From positions 3,087-67,086 of the forward strand of contig WTAT01000443.1 in the NCBI GenBank assembly GCA_013139415.1: a stretch of 64,000 nt of DNA, in the 5' to 3' direction. The notes beneath the pieces were generated by a model. The model made no database searches and was not told the origin of the DNA. It saw only the letters and a list, made by a program, of their open reading frames with translations. Source of the DNA: Desulforhopalus sp. (GTDB lineage Bacteria; Desulfobacterota; Desulfobulbia; Desulfobulbales; Desulfocapsaceae). Of the stretch, positions 49,293 through 59,779 are shown one piece after another (the stretch's first letter is position 1; each line of letters begins with the position of its first letter). The translations under genes were made by a program, and so were the position numbers.

Positions 49293-49319
49293 TGATTAGA
49301 TACCCAGAAATGATCTGCA

Positions 49320-50342
49320 ATGGATGAGATGAAAAAAATACTTATTACGGGCGGTGCCGGTTTTATCGGGGCGCATTTAGCCAAAAGACTGATTGCCGGT
49401 GGGTCTGAAGTCGTAGGGCTGGATAATTTAAACGACTATTACGATCCGCAACTAAAGCGGGACCGCATGGCAGCTCTTGCTGAAGGGCCTGGCTTTACCC
49501 ATGTCAATATTGATCTTGCCGACAGAAAAGGGGTTGAGACCCTTTTTCAAAAGCACAGTTTTGATGCAGTGGTAAACCTGGCGGCGCAAGCCGGAGTCCG
49601 CTATTCCCTGATCAACCCCCATTCCTATGTGGACACCAATATAGTAGGCTTTGTCAATATACTTGAGGGGTGCAGGCACTCCGGAGTAAAACATCTGGTC
49701 TATGCCTCATCGAGTTCCGTCTATGGCGCGAATACTAAAATGCCATTTTCTGTGCACGATAATGTTGATCACCCGGTATCTCTCTATGCGGCCTCAAAAA
49801 AGGCCAATGAATTAATGGCCCATACCTACAGTCATCTCTTTAACTTGCCGACTACCGGACTGAGGTTCTTTACCGTTTACGGACCATGGGGGCGGCCGGA
49901 CATGGCCCTGTTCCTGTTCACCAAGGCGATTATGGAGAATCGGCCTATTGATGTTTTTAATAACGGCAAAATGGAACGGGATTTCACCTACATCGACGAC
50001 ATTGTTGAAGGGGTTTGTAGGGTCATTTATCAGGTGCCGGAAAGCTCGCCTGCCTGGAACGGTGATGCCCCTGATCCGGCTACATCCTATTGTCCGTACC
50101 GGGTGTATAATATAGGTAACAACAACAAGGAAAAGCTGCTGAGGTATATAGAAGTTCTTGAGGACTGTCTTGGTCGCAAAGCGGAGAAAAATTTTCTGCC
50201 CATGCAACCGGGAGATGTCCCGGCCACTTTTGCCAATGTGGATGATCTGGTAGAGGATTTTAATTATAAACCGGCAACAACTCTTGAGTATGGCATAGGC
50301 AAGTTTGTCGACTGGTATAAAGACTATTTTAAACTTTTATAA
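49320..50342 (+). CDS. NAD-dependent epimerase (UDP-glucuronate 4-epimerase-like)
   Basis: [47 protein letters not shown]. Confidence 0.92.
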   Translation: MDEMKKILITGGAGFIGAHLAKRLIAGGSEVVGLDNLNDYYDPQLKRDRMAALAEGPGFTHVNIDLADRKGVETLFQKHSFDAVVNLAAQAGVRYSLINPHSYVDTNIVGFVNILEGCRHSGVKHLVYASSSSVYGANTKMPFSVHDNVDHPVSLYAASKKANELMAHTYSHLFNLPTTGLRFFTVYGPWGRPDMALFLFTKAIMENRPIDVFNNGKMERDFTYIDDIVEGVCRVIYQVPESSPAWNGDAPDPATSYCPYRVYNIGNNNKEKLLRYIEVLEDCLGRKAEKNFLPMQPGDVPATFANVDDLVEDFNYKPATTLEYGIGKFVDWYKDYFKLL

Positions 50343-50369
50343 ACTTTTTCGTATATTAATCAACCAGAT

Positions 50370-50409
50370 AAGGCTGGCTCCCTAAAGGGAGTCGGCCTTT
50401 GTATTTTTT
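50370..50409 (+). terminator. intrinsic terminator after the epimerase gene
   Basis: AAGGCTGGCTCCC-TAAA-GGGAGTCGGCCTT then TGTATTTTTT. Confidence 0.7.
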
Positions 50410-50454
50410 GGTGCGCCTGAGTTGGAGCCCATTCAGTTTTTCTGGTAAAAAAGT

Positions 50455-50633
50455 CTAACCCCGGTAAACGGGAAAATAAGCCAGGACTCTTTTCAGTACC
50501 CCCTTGAGGGGTATAAGTGCCTTGGTGGTCACTTTAAGTTACCAATTTCAATACACTCTCCAGATTTCTTGTTTTTTATACCCCTCAAGGGGGTACTGAA
50601 AAGAGTGACAGAAAATCTGGAGTAAGGCACTAA
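50455..50633. mobile_element. composite repeat family A copy 3
   Basis: Simplest copy: one 27-bp module at each internal site, in inverted orientation. Confidence 0.85.
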
Positions 50634-50707
50634 GGAACACTTTGATATAACCAGATATCATTTTCACTCTGAGGATATTGAGAAGCGGCGTGATTTTCGC
50701 TTCCTCT

Positions 50708-51241
50708 CTATGAGCTTCTATTGTCCTCAATTAAACCCTGCTTAAAACGATGGGCATTTTGCACATAGTGTTGTGCTTGTGATTCCAGTGCCTGTTGTTG
50801 ATTAAAGCTCAAATTACGCTTAATTTTTGCAGGCGACCCCATGACCAGTGAGCCATCAGGGATTTCCATATTCTCTGTAACCAACGCATTGGCACCGATA
50901 ATGCAATGACTACCAATTTTTGCGCCATTTAACACCACAGCATTTATACCTATCAGACTATAATTACCAACATTGCAGCCGTGGAGCATCGCTTTGTGCC
51001 CAACAGTAACTCCCTTACCTAAAGCCATGGGATAACCTGGGTCAGTATGCAGGACTGCACCATCTTGAATGTTGCAATCCTCCCCAATGACTATCAACTC
51101 GGAGTCACCACGAATCACAGCATTGAACCAGATACTTACATCTGTACCGAGAGCTACATTGCCAATCACCACGGCACTCTCTGCGATAAAATATTTTTCT
51201 GGCAACTGTACCTGTTTATCATCTAGCTGGTATAACACCAT
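50708..51241 (-). CDS. gamma-carbonic anhydrase family (hexapeptide repeat) protein
   Basis: [35 protein letters not shown]; GGAGG RBS. Confidence 0.92.
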   Translation of the reverse strand: MVLYQLDDKQVQLPEKYFIAESAVVIGNVALGTDVSIWFNAVIRGDSELIVIGEDCNIQDGAVLHTDPGYPMALGKGVTVGHKAMLHGCNVGNYSLIGINAVVLNGAKIGSHCIIGANALVTENMEIPDGSLVMGSPAKIKRNLSFNQQQALESQAQHYVQNAHRFKQGLIEDNRSS

Positions 51242-51380
51242 CGGTTCCTCCAATATTTTTGGTATTAGGTTTCCGACCAAAGTCGCACGCACCATGGTCT
51301 TTTCAGTTCCAAAGCGTCATTATAAACTGTATTTACCAGATCAACAACGAGATGCTGAAATCTCGAGAGGCAGAAGAAAA

Positions 51381-51515
51381 GCGATAGAGCCATGGTGGGG
51401 AGGGCTAAGTGAAAGGCCGGGCTTAAGACTGGGGCAAGTTTGGAGTATGCAAACGTGTGCAAACGAACCACTGATGAGGTGTCAAAAGGCATATTGATGT
51501 TGGTAAAAATCCAGG
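51381..51515 (+). other. probable group II intron domain I fragment
   Basis: GCGATAGAGCCATGGTGGGGAG..TGAAAG ... AAACGAACCACTGATGAGGTGTC ... AAAATCCAGG resembles 5' regions of bacterial IIB introns (recognised from memory). Confidence 0.45.
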
Positions 51516-51730
51516 AACGTGACAGGGGGTACATGAGTATTCGCTGATTGAGGCTCTGCTGGTGCCTGTAAGGTAATTATCGTAGTATATTTCGAAAAAA
51601 CAGCAAACAGGGAAACAGCAAACAGGGGACAGACCACAGTTTCCAGGCGTCCTCTCATCCAAAATGCACGCTTGTCGTTTTCGTTAATTCTCCTGTTGTG
51701 TGATACATAAGCGAAAACGGCCCTCCCAAA

Positions 51731-51956
51731 ATGTTCCACTATAATGTGAAGCTTGTCATTGATCCGGGCCCGCAGCCAGAGTCACTTCCTCTGTTGATGA
51801 AAGGTGTTGCCAGACGGTAGACAAAGTATATCAATAAATTGGAAAAAACGTACCGGCAGTTTATGGGAAGGGAGGTATGAGATCTAAATCCAGTATTATC
51901 TCGCAAAAGGAATATCTAGCGGCCTGCTGCCGATATATTGAGTTACATGGCTATTA
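51731..51956 (+). pseudogene. decayed REP-associated tyrosine transposase (RAYT / Y1 HUH)
   Basis: LMKGVARR*TKYINKLEK / RTGSLWEGRY / KSSII..EYLAACCRYIEL across a stop and two frameshifts; upstream GGGGACAGACCAC motif. Confidence 0.75.
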
Positions 51957-52108
51957 AGGAAACTCAGCTATTTTTACCGGCACGTGAGCGAGGCATGCGT
52001 TGAGTAACCTCAACGGTAACTTAGGTTCTCAGAACCGGTGGTTAAATTGATAACAAAATTCTTCAAGATATTCTTGAAGATACTCCATGAAAAGTACCAT
52101 TAATAAAT

Positions 52109-52249
52109 GAGCCTGTTGATTTACGGCCTTTTCGCCCGATATCCGCGTTATGTGAAAAAAATAATCCTCGAAATATCAACTATATGTCTCCGGTTATTTT
52201 TCCCACATGCCTTGATATCGAACGAAAATTTTCATAAATCAACAGACTC
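52109..52249. mobile_element. MITE related to family C
   Basis: GAGCCTGTTGATTTA / TAAATCAACAGACTC TIRs; 6-bp direct repeat ATAAAT on both sides. Confidence 0.72.
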
Positions 52250-52567
52250 ATAAATGTCTTCATCCTTCCTATCATGATGTGCACCAATGGCAGCCACTTC
52301 GATGCTATAGTGGAATTGAAAGAGGAGTTAACAAAAGCGCTCATCATATCTCCTAGAGGTTTTTCAGAATATGTGGACCGGTGCAGGGATTATATGACTG
52401 ATAAAAAGTTTCACACCTACACTGTACCCATGATGAAACCTTTGAGCATTGTCATTAAAATCTGGAAGAAATACGGACACTCATTTCTTGAGTAACTGAT
52501 CAAGTTACCATTCGTAATACTCATTCGCTTATGAGCGTTTATGATAGCCAGCCGGTACAGAGAGGTA

Positions 52568-54472
52568 TTATTCCTCTCTGCCCATAAGCTTTATTGCGGC
52601 CCGGATAATCGCCGGTGTGTCTATAAAACTGTCTTTCCACAGTGTCTTTTGTGGACCATGTTCGACAAAATGATCAGGATGGCCCAGCAGGCAGGTTCGA
52701 ACCGAGTAGAGTCCGCGACGACTGAAGAGTTCAAGTACCGAGCTGCCGAAACCGCCTTGACGAGCATTGTCTTCAATGGTCACGACCCGTTTGGTGTGGT
52801 CGGCCCACTGACAGATGAGCTCAGCATCCAGCGGCTTGATAAAACGCGGGTTAATAACGGCAGCTTTAATGCCAACCTTTTCAAGGCCTTTGGCTGCTTC
52901 AAGAGCTGGATAAACCCTGTTGCCCACCGGTAATAAAAGGATATCGTCGCCTTTCTGGAGCAGTTGGCCTTTGCCTATATCCAGTTTATGCAGGTTGGTT
53001 GCCAGCGGTACGTCGTAGCCGGCGCCTCGTGGATATCGTACAACAGAGGGGCCATCATGGTAGATAGAAGTATACAGCATATGCTGCAGCTCTTCTTCGT
53101 CCTTGGGGGACATGATGACAATGTTGGGGATGAAACGGAGAAAGGACAAATCAAAGACACCATGGTGGGTGGGGCCGTCGTCTCCGACAACTCCAGCCCT
53201 GTCAATAGCCAGGGTAATGGGCAAATTCGGGATACAGATGTCGTGGATTATCTGATCCAGAGCACGTTGAAAAAAAGTTGAGTAGATAGCAACAACCGGG
53301 CGTAATCCCTCAACAGCCAGCCCGGCAGCAAAGGTCACCGCGTGTTGTTCGGCAATACCCACATCAAAAAAGCGATCGGGGTACTCCGTGGCAAAATTTT
53401 TCAGACCGGTGCCTGATACCATAGCAGCAGATATCGCCACAATTTTATCATCTTTTGCCGCTAGTTCGGTAATCGTATCGCTGAATATTTTAGTATATGT
53501 TGCTGCACTTTTGGACGAATGGGGCTTTCCGCTGACAATATCAAAAGGACCAATGCCGTGAAAAACATCGGGGTCCTTTTCGGCCGGTTCATAACCTTTG
53601 CCTTTCTTGGTCAGGACGTGGATAAGCATTGGACCTGTTGAAGTGTCACGAACTGTTTCCAGCGTTTCCAACAGATCTTCCAGGTTGTGACCATCAATAG
53701 GGCCAACATAATCGAATTTAAAGGCCTCAAAGAGCATGCCTGGGGTGAAAAAACTTTTGAAGCTTTCTTCACTCTTTCTGAGAATGTTAAGTATGTTTTC
53801 TCCGACATCGGATATCTGCAGCTTCTCGACCATGTGAGCCTTCACCCGGCTCATGGTTTTGCCGGTGAGTTTACGGCTTAAGAAACTGGAAATGGCGCCG
53901 ACATTGGGTGAAATGGACATTTCATTATCATTGAGTATGACAATGAGATTTTTATCGAGATGGCCGGAATGGTTCAGTGCCTCAAATGCCAAACCGGCTG
54001 TCATGGAACCATCACCAATAACCGCTATTGCCCGGTGCGAATCATTTTTGAGATTTTTGGCGAGGGTGATTCCGAGAGCTGCAGAGATGGAAGTTGAGCT
54101 GTGCCCGGTTTCAAAGGCGTCGTAGATACTTTCCTTGAATTTAGGAAAGCCACTCATACCTTTATATTGACGGAGTGTGGCAAATTGTTCTCGCCTGCCC
54201 GTCAGAATTTTATGGGCATATGATTGATGGCCAACATCCCAGATAAGCTTGTCATTGGGAGTGTCAAAGATATAGTGAAGAGCAATGGTGAGTTCAACAA
54301 CCCCAAGGCTGGGAGCCAGGTGACCTCCTGTTCGTGATACTGTTTGAACGATATTGTCGCGAATGTCCTGAGCTAATTCCTCAAGTTTTGGGAGGGGGAG
54401 TTCTCGAATATCAGCAGGTGAATGAATCTGTTCAAGCAGGGTAGCTGGGATTTCTGGTTGTGGTATCGACAT
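52568..54472 (-). CDS. dxs: 1-deoxy-D-xylulose-5-phosphate synthase
   Basis: GGHLAPSLG, WDVGHQ, GDGSMTAG, GIAEQHA, DGPTHHG. Confidence 0.98.
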   Translation of the reverse strand: MSIPQPEIPATLLEQIHSPADIRELPLPKLEELAQDIRDNIVQTVSRTGGHLAPSLGVVELTIALHYIFDTPNDKLIWDVGHQSYAHKILTGRREQFATLRQYKGMSGFPKFKESIYDAFETGHSSTSISAALGITLAKNLKNDSHRAIAVIGDGSMTAGLAFEALNHSGHLDKNLIVILNDNEMSISPNVGAISSFLSRKLTGKTMSRVKAHMVEKLQISDVGENILNILRKSEESFKSFFTPGMLFEAFKFDYVGPIDGHNLEDLLETLETVRDTSTGPMLIHVLTKKGKGYEPAEKDPDVFHGIGPFDIVSGKPHSSKSAATYTKIFSDTITELAAKDDKIVAISAAMVSGTGLKNFATEYPDRFFDVGIAEQHAVTFAAGLAVEGLRPVVAIYSTFFQRALDQIIHDICIPNLPITLAIDRAGVVGDDGPTHHGVFDLSFLRFIPNIVIMSPKDEEELQHMLYTSIYHDGPSVVRYPRGAGYDVPLATNLHKLDIGKGQLLQKGDDILLLPVGNRVYPALEAAKGLEKVGIKAAVINPRFIKPLDAELICQWADHTKRVVTIEDNARQGGFGSSVLELFSRRGLYSVRTCLLGHPDHFVEHGPQKTLWKDSFIDTPAIIRAAIKLMGREE

Positions 54473-54634
54473 AGCTTGTTAATAGGTACAGCAGCCGGGA
54501 ATAATTTCAGGATGAGATTGAAATCATTAAGTCGGCTGTAGTTCAGAATTATTTATCTGTTGCTGGTATTGGCAATCCTCTGCCTACTTCATTAATAATG
54601 AAGTTCCGACTCTAAATAAAAAATGGAATACCAA

Positions 54635-55546
54635 TCAATGACTCCTGGTATAGACGTATTCGGCAATGGCTCTGAGAGGATCGGCGTTTTGGTTAAAACC
54701 GGTCAAGGCATCATTGGCTCTCTCGATAGCTTCTTTTGCTAGTGTGCGCGTTTTTTCAATTCCGAAATAAGCAGGGTAGGTTGCTTTTCCAAGTTCTGCA
54801 TCAGATCCTGCCGCCTTACCTAGCTGTTCGGTGGTTGAAGTTACATTGAGTAGATCATCGACTATCTGAAAGGCAAGGCCAATGTTGTTGCCGAAGGTGA
54901 TGAGCTTTTCTGTCTGTTCCCGGTCAGCACCCGCTCCAATTGCTCCGGCCTGTACGGAACAGGTGATCAGGACTCCCGTCTTGTTCTTGTGAATGGTTTG
55001 TAAAGTTTCAAAAGGAAACCTAGTGTTTTCACTTGCAATGTCAAGAGCCTGGCCTCCAACCATTCCGTGCGGCCCAGCTGCCCTGGCTATTATGTGAATG
55101 ATCATAAGCCGCTGTTCAGGAGTTAATGTGCCGATATTTGGGGAGCTTAGCAGTTCGAAGGCCCAGGTAAGTAGACTATCACCGGCGAGAATTGCTCCGG
55201 CTTCGCCAAAGAGTGTATGGTTTGTTGGTTTACCACGGCGCAGATCGTCATTGTCCATTGCCGGCAAATCATCGTGAATCAGGGAGTAGGTGTGGATGCA
55301 TTCCAAGGCACAGGCAACCGGCAATAAATTGTTTTCCGTGTTAGCAGATTTAGCGACAGCAGCACCGGCGGCAAGGCAGAGAATCGGCCGGATTCGTTTG
55401 CCACCGACGAAAAGACTGTAGCGCATCGCCTGAATATGGTTCTCAAAAGGACCGACAGCCTGAATCATTAATTTTTCAAGAGCGTCTTCAACAACTTTTT
55501 GCTTTTCACTCAGATAGATCTTTATGTCCAATTTCTTGTCCGTCAA
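54635..55546 (-). CDS. ispA: farnesyl-diphosphate synthase / geranyltranstransferase
   Basis: [32 protein letters not shown]. Confidence 0.95.
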   Translation of the reverse strand: MTDKKLDIKIYLSEKQKVVEDALEKLMIQAVGPFENHIQAMRYSLFVGGKRIRPILCLAAGAAVAKSANTENNLLPVACALECIHTYSLIHDDLPAMDNDDLRRGKPTNHTLFGEAGAILAGDSLLTWAFELLSSPNIGTLTPEQRLMIIHIIARAAGPHGMVGGQALDIASENTRFPFETLQTIHKNKTGVLITCSVQAGAIGAGADREQTEKLITFGNNIGLAFQIVDDLLNVTSTTEQLGKAAGSDAELGKATYPAYFGIEKTRTLAKEAIERANDALTGFNQNADPLRAIAEYVYTRSH

Positions 55547-55754
55547 AAGGGGTGGCTTCTAGTTTTCCGTCTTTTTCGAGCAATAATTCTACCTTTGCCC
55601 GGGCCTCAGAGAGTTGCTCAGTGCAATAACCGGCAAGTTTGATTCCCTCGTCAAATTTTTTTAAGCTGTTTTCAAGACTCAACTCACCGTCTTCAAGCTC
55701 TTCGGTGATCTGTTCAAGCCGGGAGAGGGCAGTTTCAAAGGTTTTTTTTGCCAT
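55506..55754 (-). CDS. xseB: exodeoxyribonuclease VII small subunit
   Basis: [23 protein letters not shown]; xseB-ispA-dxs synteny. Confidence 0.93.
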   Translation of the reverse strand: MAKKTFETALSRLEQITEELEDGELSLENSLKKFDEGIKLAGYCTEQLSEARAKVELLLEKDGKLEATPFDGQEIGHKDLSE

Positions 55755-55991
55755 AATCAGTTGCACGTTTTCAGGATAAAAGAAAGTTGCCTCGTTTAAG
55801 CATTCAGACTAGAACTACAGCAATTCAAGTTGCATTGTAATTTTACAAACAAAGCATAAAAAGAAGAAAAAAGCATTGTATATATTCCTTGTGAAGCCTG
55901 AAGTCAAACGGAACAAAACTGCAATACTCCGCTGTCAATTTTGCACAGCTCAAATCCTTTTTGAGATATATTTATCAGGTACCTTGACGAA

Positions 55992-56939
55992 ATGATAAAA
56001 ACTATTGAGATCTTTACAAGATGGCTGGCAATCGAAAAAGGTTATTCCGAGCATACGGTTAGTGGTTATCAGCGGGATTTACGGGAATTTTACAGCCATA
56101 TAGTCGAAAGAGATGTACGAGGCAAACGAGATAAAAATGGAAGGAGCGTTTGTCCAGGTGAGATTACTCCCGGTCATGTGCGGAAATTTATCGTCAGCTT
56201 GCACGGGCGTAACAGCGCTGCCACCGTTGCCAGAAAAATCTCAGCTCTCAGGACATTCTTTCGATTTGCGCAACGGCGTAAGCTATTAAAAAAAGATCCG
56301 CTTTCCGGCGTCTCGGCTCCTAAAGTCGGCAGGTTTATTCCGGTTTTTCTGACCGTGGATGAGACCTTTGCACTGTTGGAGGCTCCGCAGAAAAAAGATA
56401 CTTATGCTCTTAGGGACCGGGCCATTCTTGAGCTCCTTTATTCAACAGGGATGCGAGTATCCGAGCTGGTCTCAAGGAACATTGCAAATCTTGATTTCAC
56501 AGAGGAAGTGCTTACGGTACGGGGCAAAGGAAATAAGGAACGGCTGGTGCCTGTAGGTCGACCCGCTGTTGAGGCGGTACGTTGCTGGTTGCCGCAGCGA
56601 TTGAAGTTGATAGAAAAGCGGGCAGGACGAGGCAGAACAGTTGAGAATGAAGCCCTGTTCCTTAACGGAAGGGGAAGTCGTCTTTCTACCCGAAGTGTTG
56701 AAAGATTGGTGAAGGCCTATGGGGAAAGGGCTGGTATTACCCAGATTGTCACCCCTCATGCTTTGCGGCACTCTTTTGCCACTCATCTTTTGGAAATGGG
56801 AGCGGACCTGCGATCTGTTCAGGAGCTACTGGGCCATGCCAGTCTGTCGACTACTCAGCGGTATACCCATCTGACACTGGATCATTTGGCGGGTGTGTAT
56901 GACAAGTCCCATCCCTTATCAATTGAGGATATAAAGTAA
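55992..56939 (+). CDS. xerC: tyrosine recombinase XerC
   Basis: GMRVSEL, GKGNKER, PHALRHSFATH, LLGHASLSTTQRY; upstream of hslVU. Confidence 0.92.
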   Translation: MIKTIEIFTRWLAIEKGYSEHTVSGYQRDLREFYSHIVERDVRGKRDKNGRSVCPGEITPGHVRKFIVSLHGRNSAATVARKISALRTFFRFAQRRKLLKKDPLSGVSAPKVGRFIPVFLTVDETFALLEAPQKKDTYALRDRAILELLYSTGMRVSELVSRNIANLDFTEEVLTVRGKGNKERLVPVGRPAVEAVRCWLPQRLKLIEKRAGRGRTVENEALFLNGRGSRLSTRSVERLVKAYGERAGITQIVTPHALRHSFATHLLEMGADLRSVQELLGHASLSTTQRYTHLTLDHLAGVYDKSHPLSIEDIK

Positions 56940-56992
56940 GAGGGCATGGATGTACCTTGTCCGACTGGATAGTAAAGCCCAGACAAGCAGGA

Positions 56993-57076
56993 GTTTTTTC
57001 AGTACCCCTTTGAGGGGGTAAAAACACCTTAGAATTTCTTTCTAAAAAACAAGAAAAATAATTCTTAAGGCACTAA
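56993..57076. repeat. partial family A-related repeat with 27-bp module
   Basis: TTTTTTCAGTACCCCTTTGAGGGGGTA ... AAGAAAAATAATTCTTAAGGCACTAA. Confidence 0.65.
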
Positions 57077-57099
57077 ACAAACAACCATAAAGTGTACGA

Positions 57100-57630
57100 A
57101 TGAAAATACGATCAACGACAATTTTGGCGGTACGCCACAAAGGGAAGGTTGCTTTAGCCGGAGACGGTCAGGTCTCACTGGGCAACACAGTAATGAAACA
57201 CCAGGCACGTAAAGTTCGACGTCTCTACAATGACAAGGTTGTCACTGGATTTGCCGGAGCCACGGCCGATGCTTTTACCTTGTATGATAAGCTTGAACAA
57301 AAACTTGAGCAGTATAACGGCAATTTGATGCGCGCCTCAGTAGAACTTGCCAAGGAGTGGCGGACGGATAAATTCCTCAGGAAGCTCGAAGCTATGTTGA
57401 TTGCTGTTGATGAAGAACATTCACTGCTGCTTTCGGGTACCGGTGACGTCATCGAAGCAGATAAAGGAATATTAGCAATAGGTTCGGGTGGTCCTTATGC
57501 CCAGGCGGCGGCTCTGGCCCTTGTTGAACATAGTGATCTGGATGCTGAGACGATTTGTCGGGAAGCAATGGCGATAGCAGCCAATATCTGTGTTTTTACT
57601 AATAATTCAATAATCGTTGAAACAATATGA
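57100..57630 (+). CDS. hslV: ATP-dependent protease subunit HslV
   Basis: [27 protein letters not shown]. Confidence 0.97.
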   Translation: MKIRSTTILAVRHKGKVALAGDGQVSLGNTVMKHQARKVRRLYNDKVVTGFAGATADAFTLYDKLEQKLEQYNGNLMRASVELAKEWRTDKFLRKLEAMLIAVDEEHSLLLSGTGDVIEADKGILAIGSGGPYAQAAALALVEHSDLDAETICREAMAIAANICVFTNNSIIVETI

Positions 57631-59033
57631 TCTCTAATCAGTCCCTGACCCCAAAAGAAATCCTGGTAGAACTTGATAAATATATTGTAGGGCAATCGGA
57701 TGCTAAACGCTCCGTCGCCATTGCTCTTCGTAACCGCTGGAGGCGACGGCAGGTAGAATCTCCCTTACGTGAAGAGATTGCACCCAAAAATATTATTATG
57801 ATTGGTCCAACCGGGGTTGGAAAAACAGAAATTGCTCGTCGACTTGCCGCTCTGGCACAATCTCCTTTTATTAAAGTTGAGGCATCGAAGTATACCGAGG
57901 TTGGCTACGTTGGCCGGGATGTTGAATCGATGGTCCGTGATCTCGTCGATCTTGCAGTAAACATGGTAAAAGATGAGGAAAAGACCCGTATTCAAGGTGT
58001 AGCCGAAGCAAATGCAGAGGACAAAATTCTCGATATCCTCCTGCCACCTGGGCCTGTTCCAACTGCCGCCGCTGGGCCAAATGGTGAACAATCTTTTACT
58101 ATCCCAAACCCGGATTTGCCGGTGCGACAGGAAAATCCTGAAGAGCATTCCACCCGAGAAAAATTCAGACAGATGTTGAGAGATGGCAGGCTGGATGATC
58201 GTGACCTTGAGGTGTCGTTGAGCGAATCAAAATCAATGCCCATGGTCGAAATTATGACGACTTCCGGAATGGAGGATATGCAGTCTAATCTCCAGGATGC
58301 TTTCAGTAAACTTTTCCCGAAAAAGAAAAAAACTCGCAAGATGAAGGTGCCGGAAGCCCTGGAAGCGACCAAGAAAGAAGAGATGGAAAAACTGATCGAC
58401 ATGGACAATGTCATCAAGGAGGCACTCCGGCGAACAGAGGACTCCGGGATTGTGTTTCTTGATGAAATCGACAAGGTCGCCTCTCGGGGGGGCGGCGGCA
58501 CGCAAGGGCCCGAGGTTTCTCGGGAGGGGGTACAACGTGATCTCCTGCCTATAGTGGAAGGTGCAACGGTCAGCACCAAGCACGGTATGGTTAAAACCGA
58601 CCATATCCTGTTTATTGCCAGCGGAGCCTTTCATACCAGTAAACCATCTGATCTCATTCCGGAGTTGCAAGGTCGATTTCCTATCAGGGTTGAATTACAC
58701 TCCCTTGGCAAGGATGAGTTTGTCCGCATTCTTACTGAGCCTGAGAACGCCCTGATTAAGCAATATGTGGCGCTGATGAAAACAGAAGGGATAGATCTGA
58801 TATTTGAAGATGATGCTATTGATTCGATTGCCGAGATTGCAGTTGAGGTGAATGAGAGGACGGAGGAAATTGGGGCAAGACGATTGCATACGGTGGTTGA
58901 AAGGGTGCTTGATATCTTATCTTTTGATGCATCCGAGCGGGAAGATGAAACCTTTGTGGTTACCTCTGAATACGTCAAAGAGCAATTATCTGCGATAGTG
59001 AAAGATCAGGACCTGAGCCGATATATTTTGTAA
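57627..59033 (+). CDS. hslU: ATP-dependent protease ATPase subunit HslU
   Basis: [26 protein letters not shown]-terminal RYIL. Confidence 0.98.
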   Translation: MISNQSLTPKEILVELDKYIVGQSDAKRSVAIALRNRWRRRQVESPLREEIAPKNIIMIGPTGVGKTEIARRLAALAQSPFIKVEASKYTEVGYVGRDVESMVRDLVDLAVNMVKDEEKTRIQGVAEANAEDKILDILLPPGPVPTAAAGPNGEQSFTIPNPDLPVRQENPEEHSTREKFRQMLRDGRLDDRDLEVSLSESKSMPMVEIMTTSGMEDMQSNLQDAFSKLFPKKKKTRKMKVPEALEATKKEEMEKLIDMDNVIKEALRRTEDSGIVFLDEIDKVASRGGGGTQGPEVSREGVQRDLLPIVEGATVSTKHGMVKTDHILFIASGAFHTSKPSDLIPELQGRFPIRVELHSLGKDEFVRILTEPENALIKQYVALMKTEGIDLIFEDDAIDSIAEIAVEVNERTEEIGARRLHTVVERVLDILSFDASEREDETFVVTSEYVKEQLSAIVKDQDLSRYIL

Positions 59034-59075
59034 AACTCATTTGTAGCCTCAATCACCCACTATGGAGAATAGGGA

Positions 59076-59669
59076 ATGTTTTTAAAATTTTTCGGCAAAA
59101 AGTCCGAAAAAAATGATGAGTCTTCAGCAAGCGGTGGGGGACTGGTTCATGGAATTGATCGCGAAATGAATTACTGTCCCTCCTGCGGCGATGAATACAG
59201 GGCTGATATCAGTCGCTGTGTGGCTTGTAATATCCCCCTTATCAGCGGCAGGGAAAAGTTGGATAGGGTGTTGGAGACGCAGGAAGCCCTCGGCGAGAGA
59301 TCCATGGATATTTTGCCGGAGGATGAACTGGTCAATATCCGCAAAGGGCCGCTAAAAGATATGAAATCTTTGCAGAAACTGCTAGCCGAAAATCGGATAC
59401 CGGCGATTTTAGCTGGAGATGAAGGTGGCTGTGCCAAAGGATGCTGTGGACCGGAGTTGTATCTTCAGATCAAAAAGGAAGATATGCATCTCGCCACCGA
59501 AGTTCTCACCAGGGAATTTATCAAAAGCACAGCTCTTGACAGCCATGATCTAAGCAATGCTGATGCGGTGTTTAATCACCTTGATGCAGAGACTGTCTGT
59601 CCGGCTTGCGGTTGCAGGTTTTCACCAACTGTTGGGGCCTGTCCGGAGTGCGGTCTCTGCTTTGAATAG
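59076..59669 (+). CDS. Zn-ribbon-flanked DUF2007-like protein
   Basis: CPSC..CVAC at the N-terminus, CPAC..CPEC at the C-terminus, central GCAKGCCG. Confidence 0.7.
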   Translation: MFLKFFGKKSEKNDESSASGGGLVHGIDREMNYCPSCGDEYRADISRCVACNIPLISGREKLDRVLETQEALGERSMDILPEDELVNIRKGPLKDMKSLQKLLAENRIPAILAGDEGGCAKGCCGPELYLQIKKEDMHLATEVLTREFIKSTALDSHDLSNADAVFNHLDAETVCPACGCRFSPTVGACPECGLCFE

Positions 59670-59694
59670 GTGGAATTTGACGGAAAAATAGTGT

Positions 59695-59739
59695 CTTACG
59701 GATTGTTTTCTTGTCTTTTTTAAGAAAACAATCTGTAAG
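59695..59739. terminator. hairpin between convergent genes
   Basis: CTTACGGATTGTTTTCTT / AAGAAAACAATCTGTAAG 18-bp stem. Confidence 0.55.
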
Positions 59740-59779
59740 GTCTTGAACTGAACCATAGCTATCTTCCCGTTTACCGGGT

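Noticed and set aside
52274-52495. 73-aa ORF next to the MITE
   Set aside because: No motif or clear RBS; cannot be supported as a gene.
55992-56939. Tyrosine recombinase as a prophage or island integrase
   Set aside because: XerC-like size and motifs in the usual xerC-hslVU context; no att sites or cargo.
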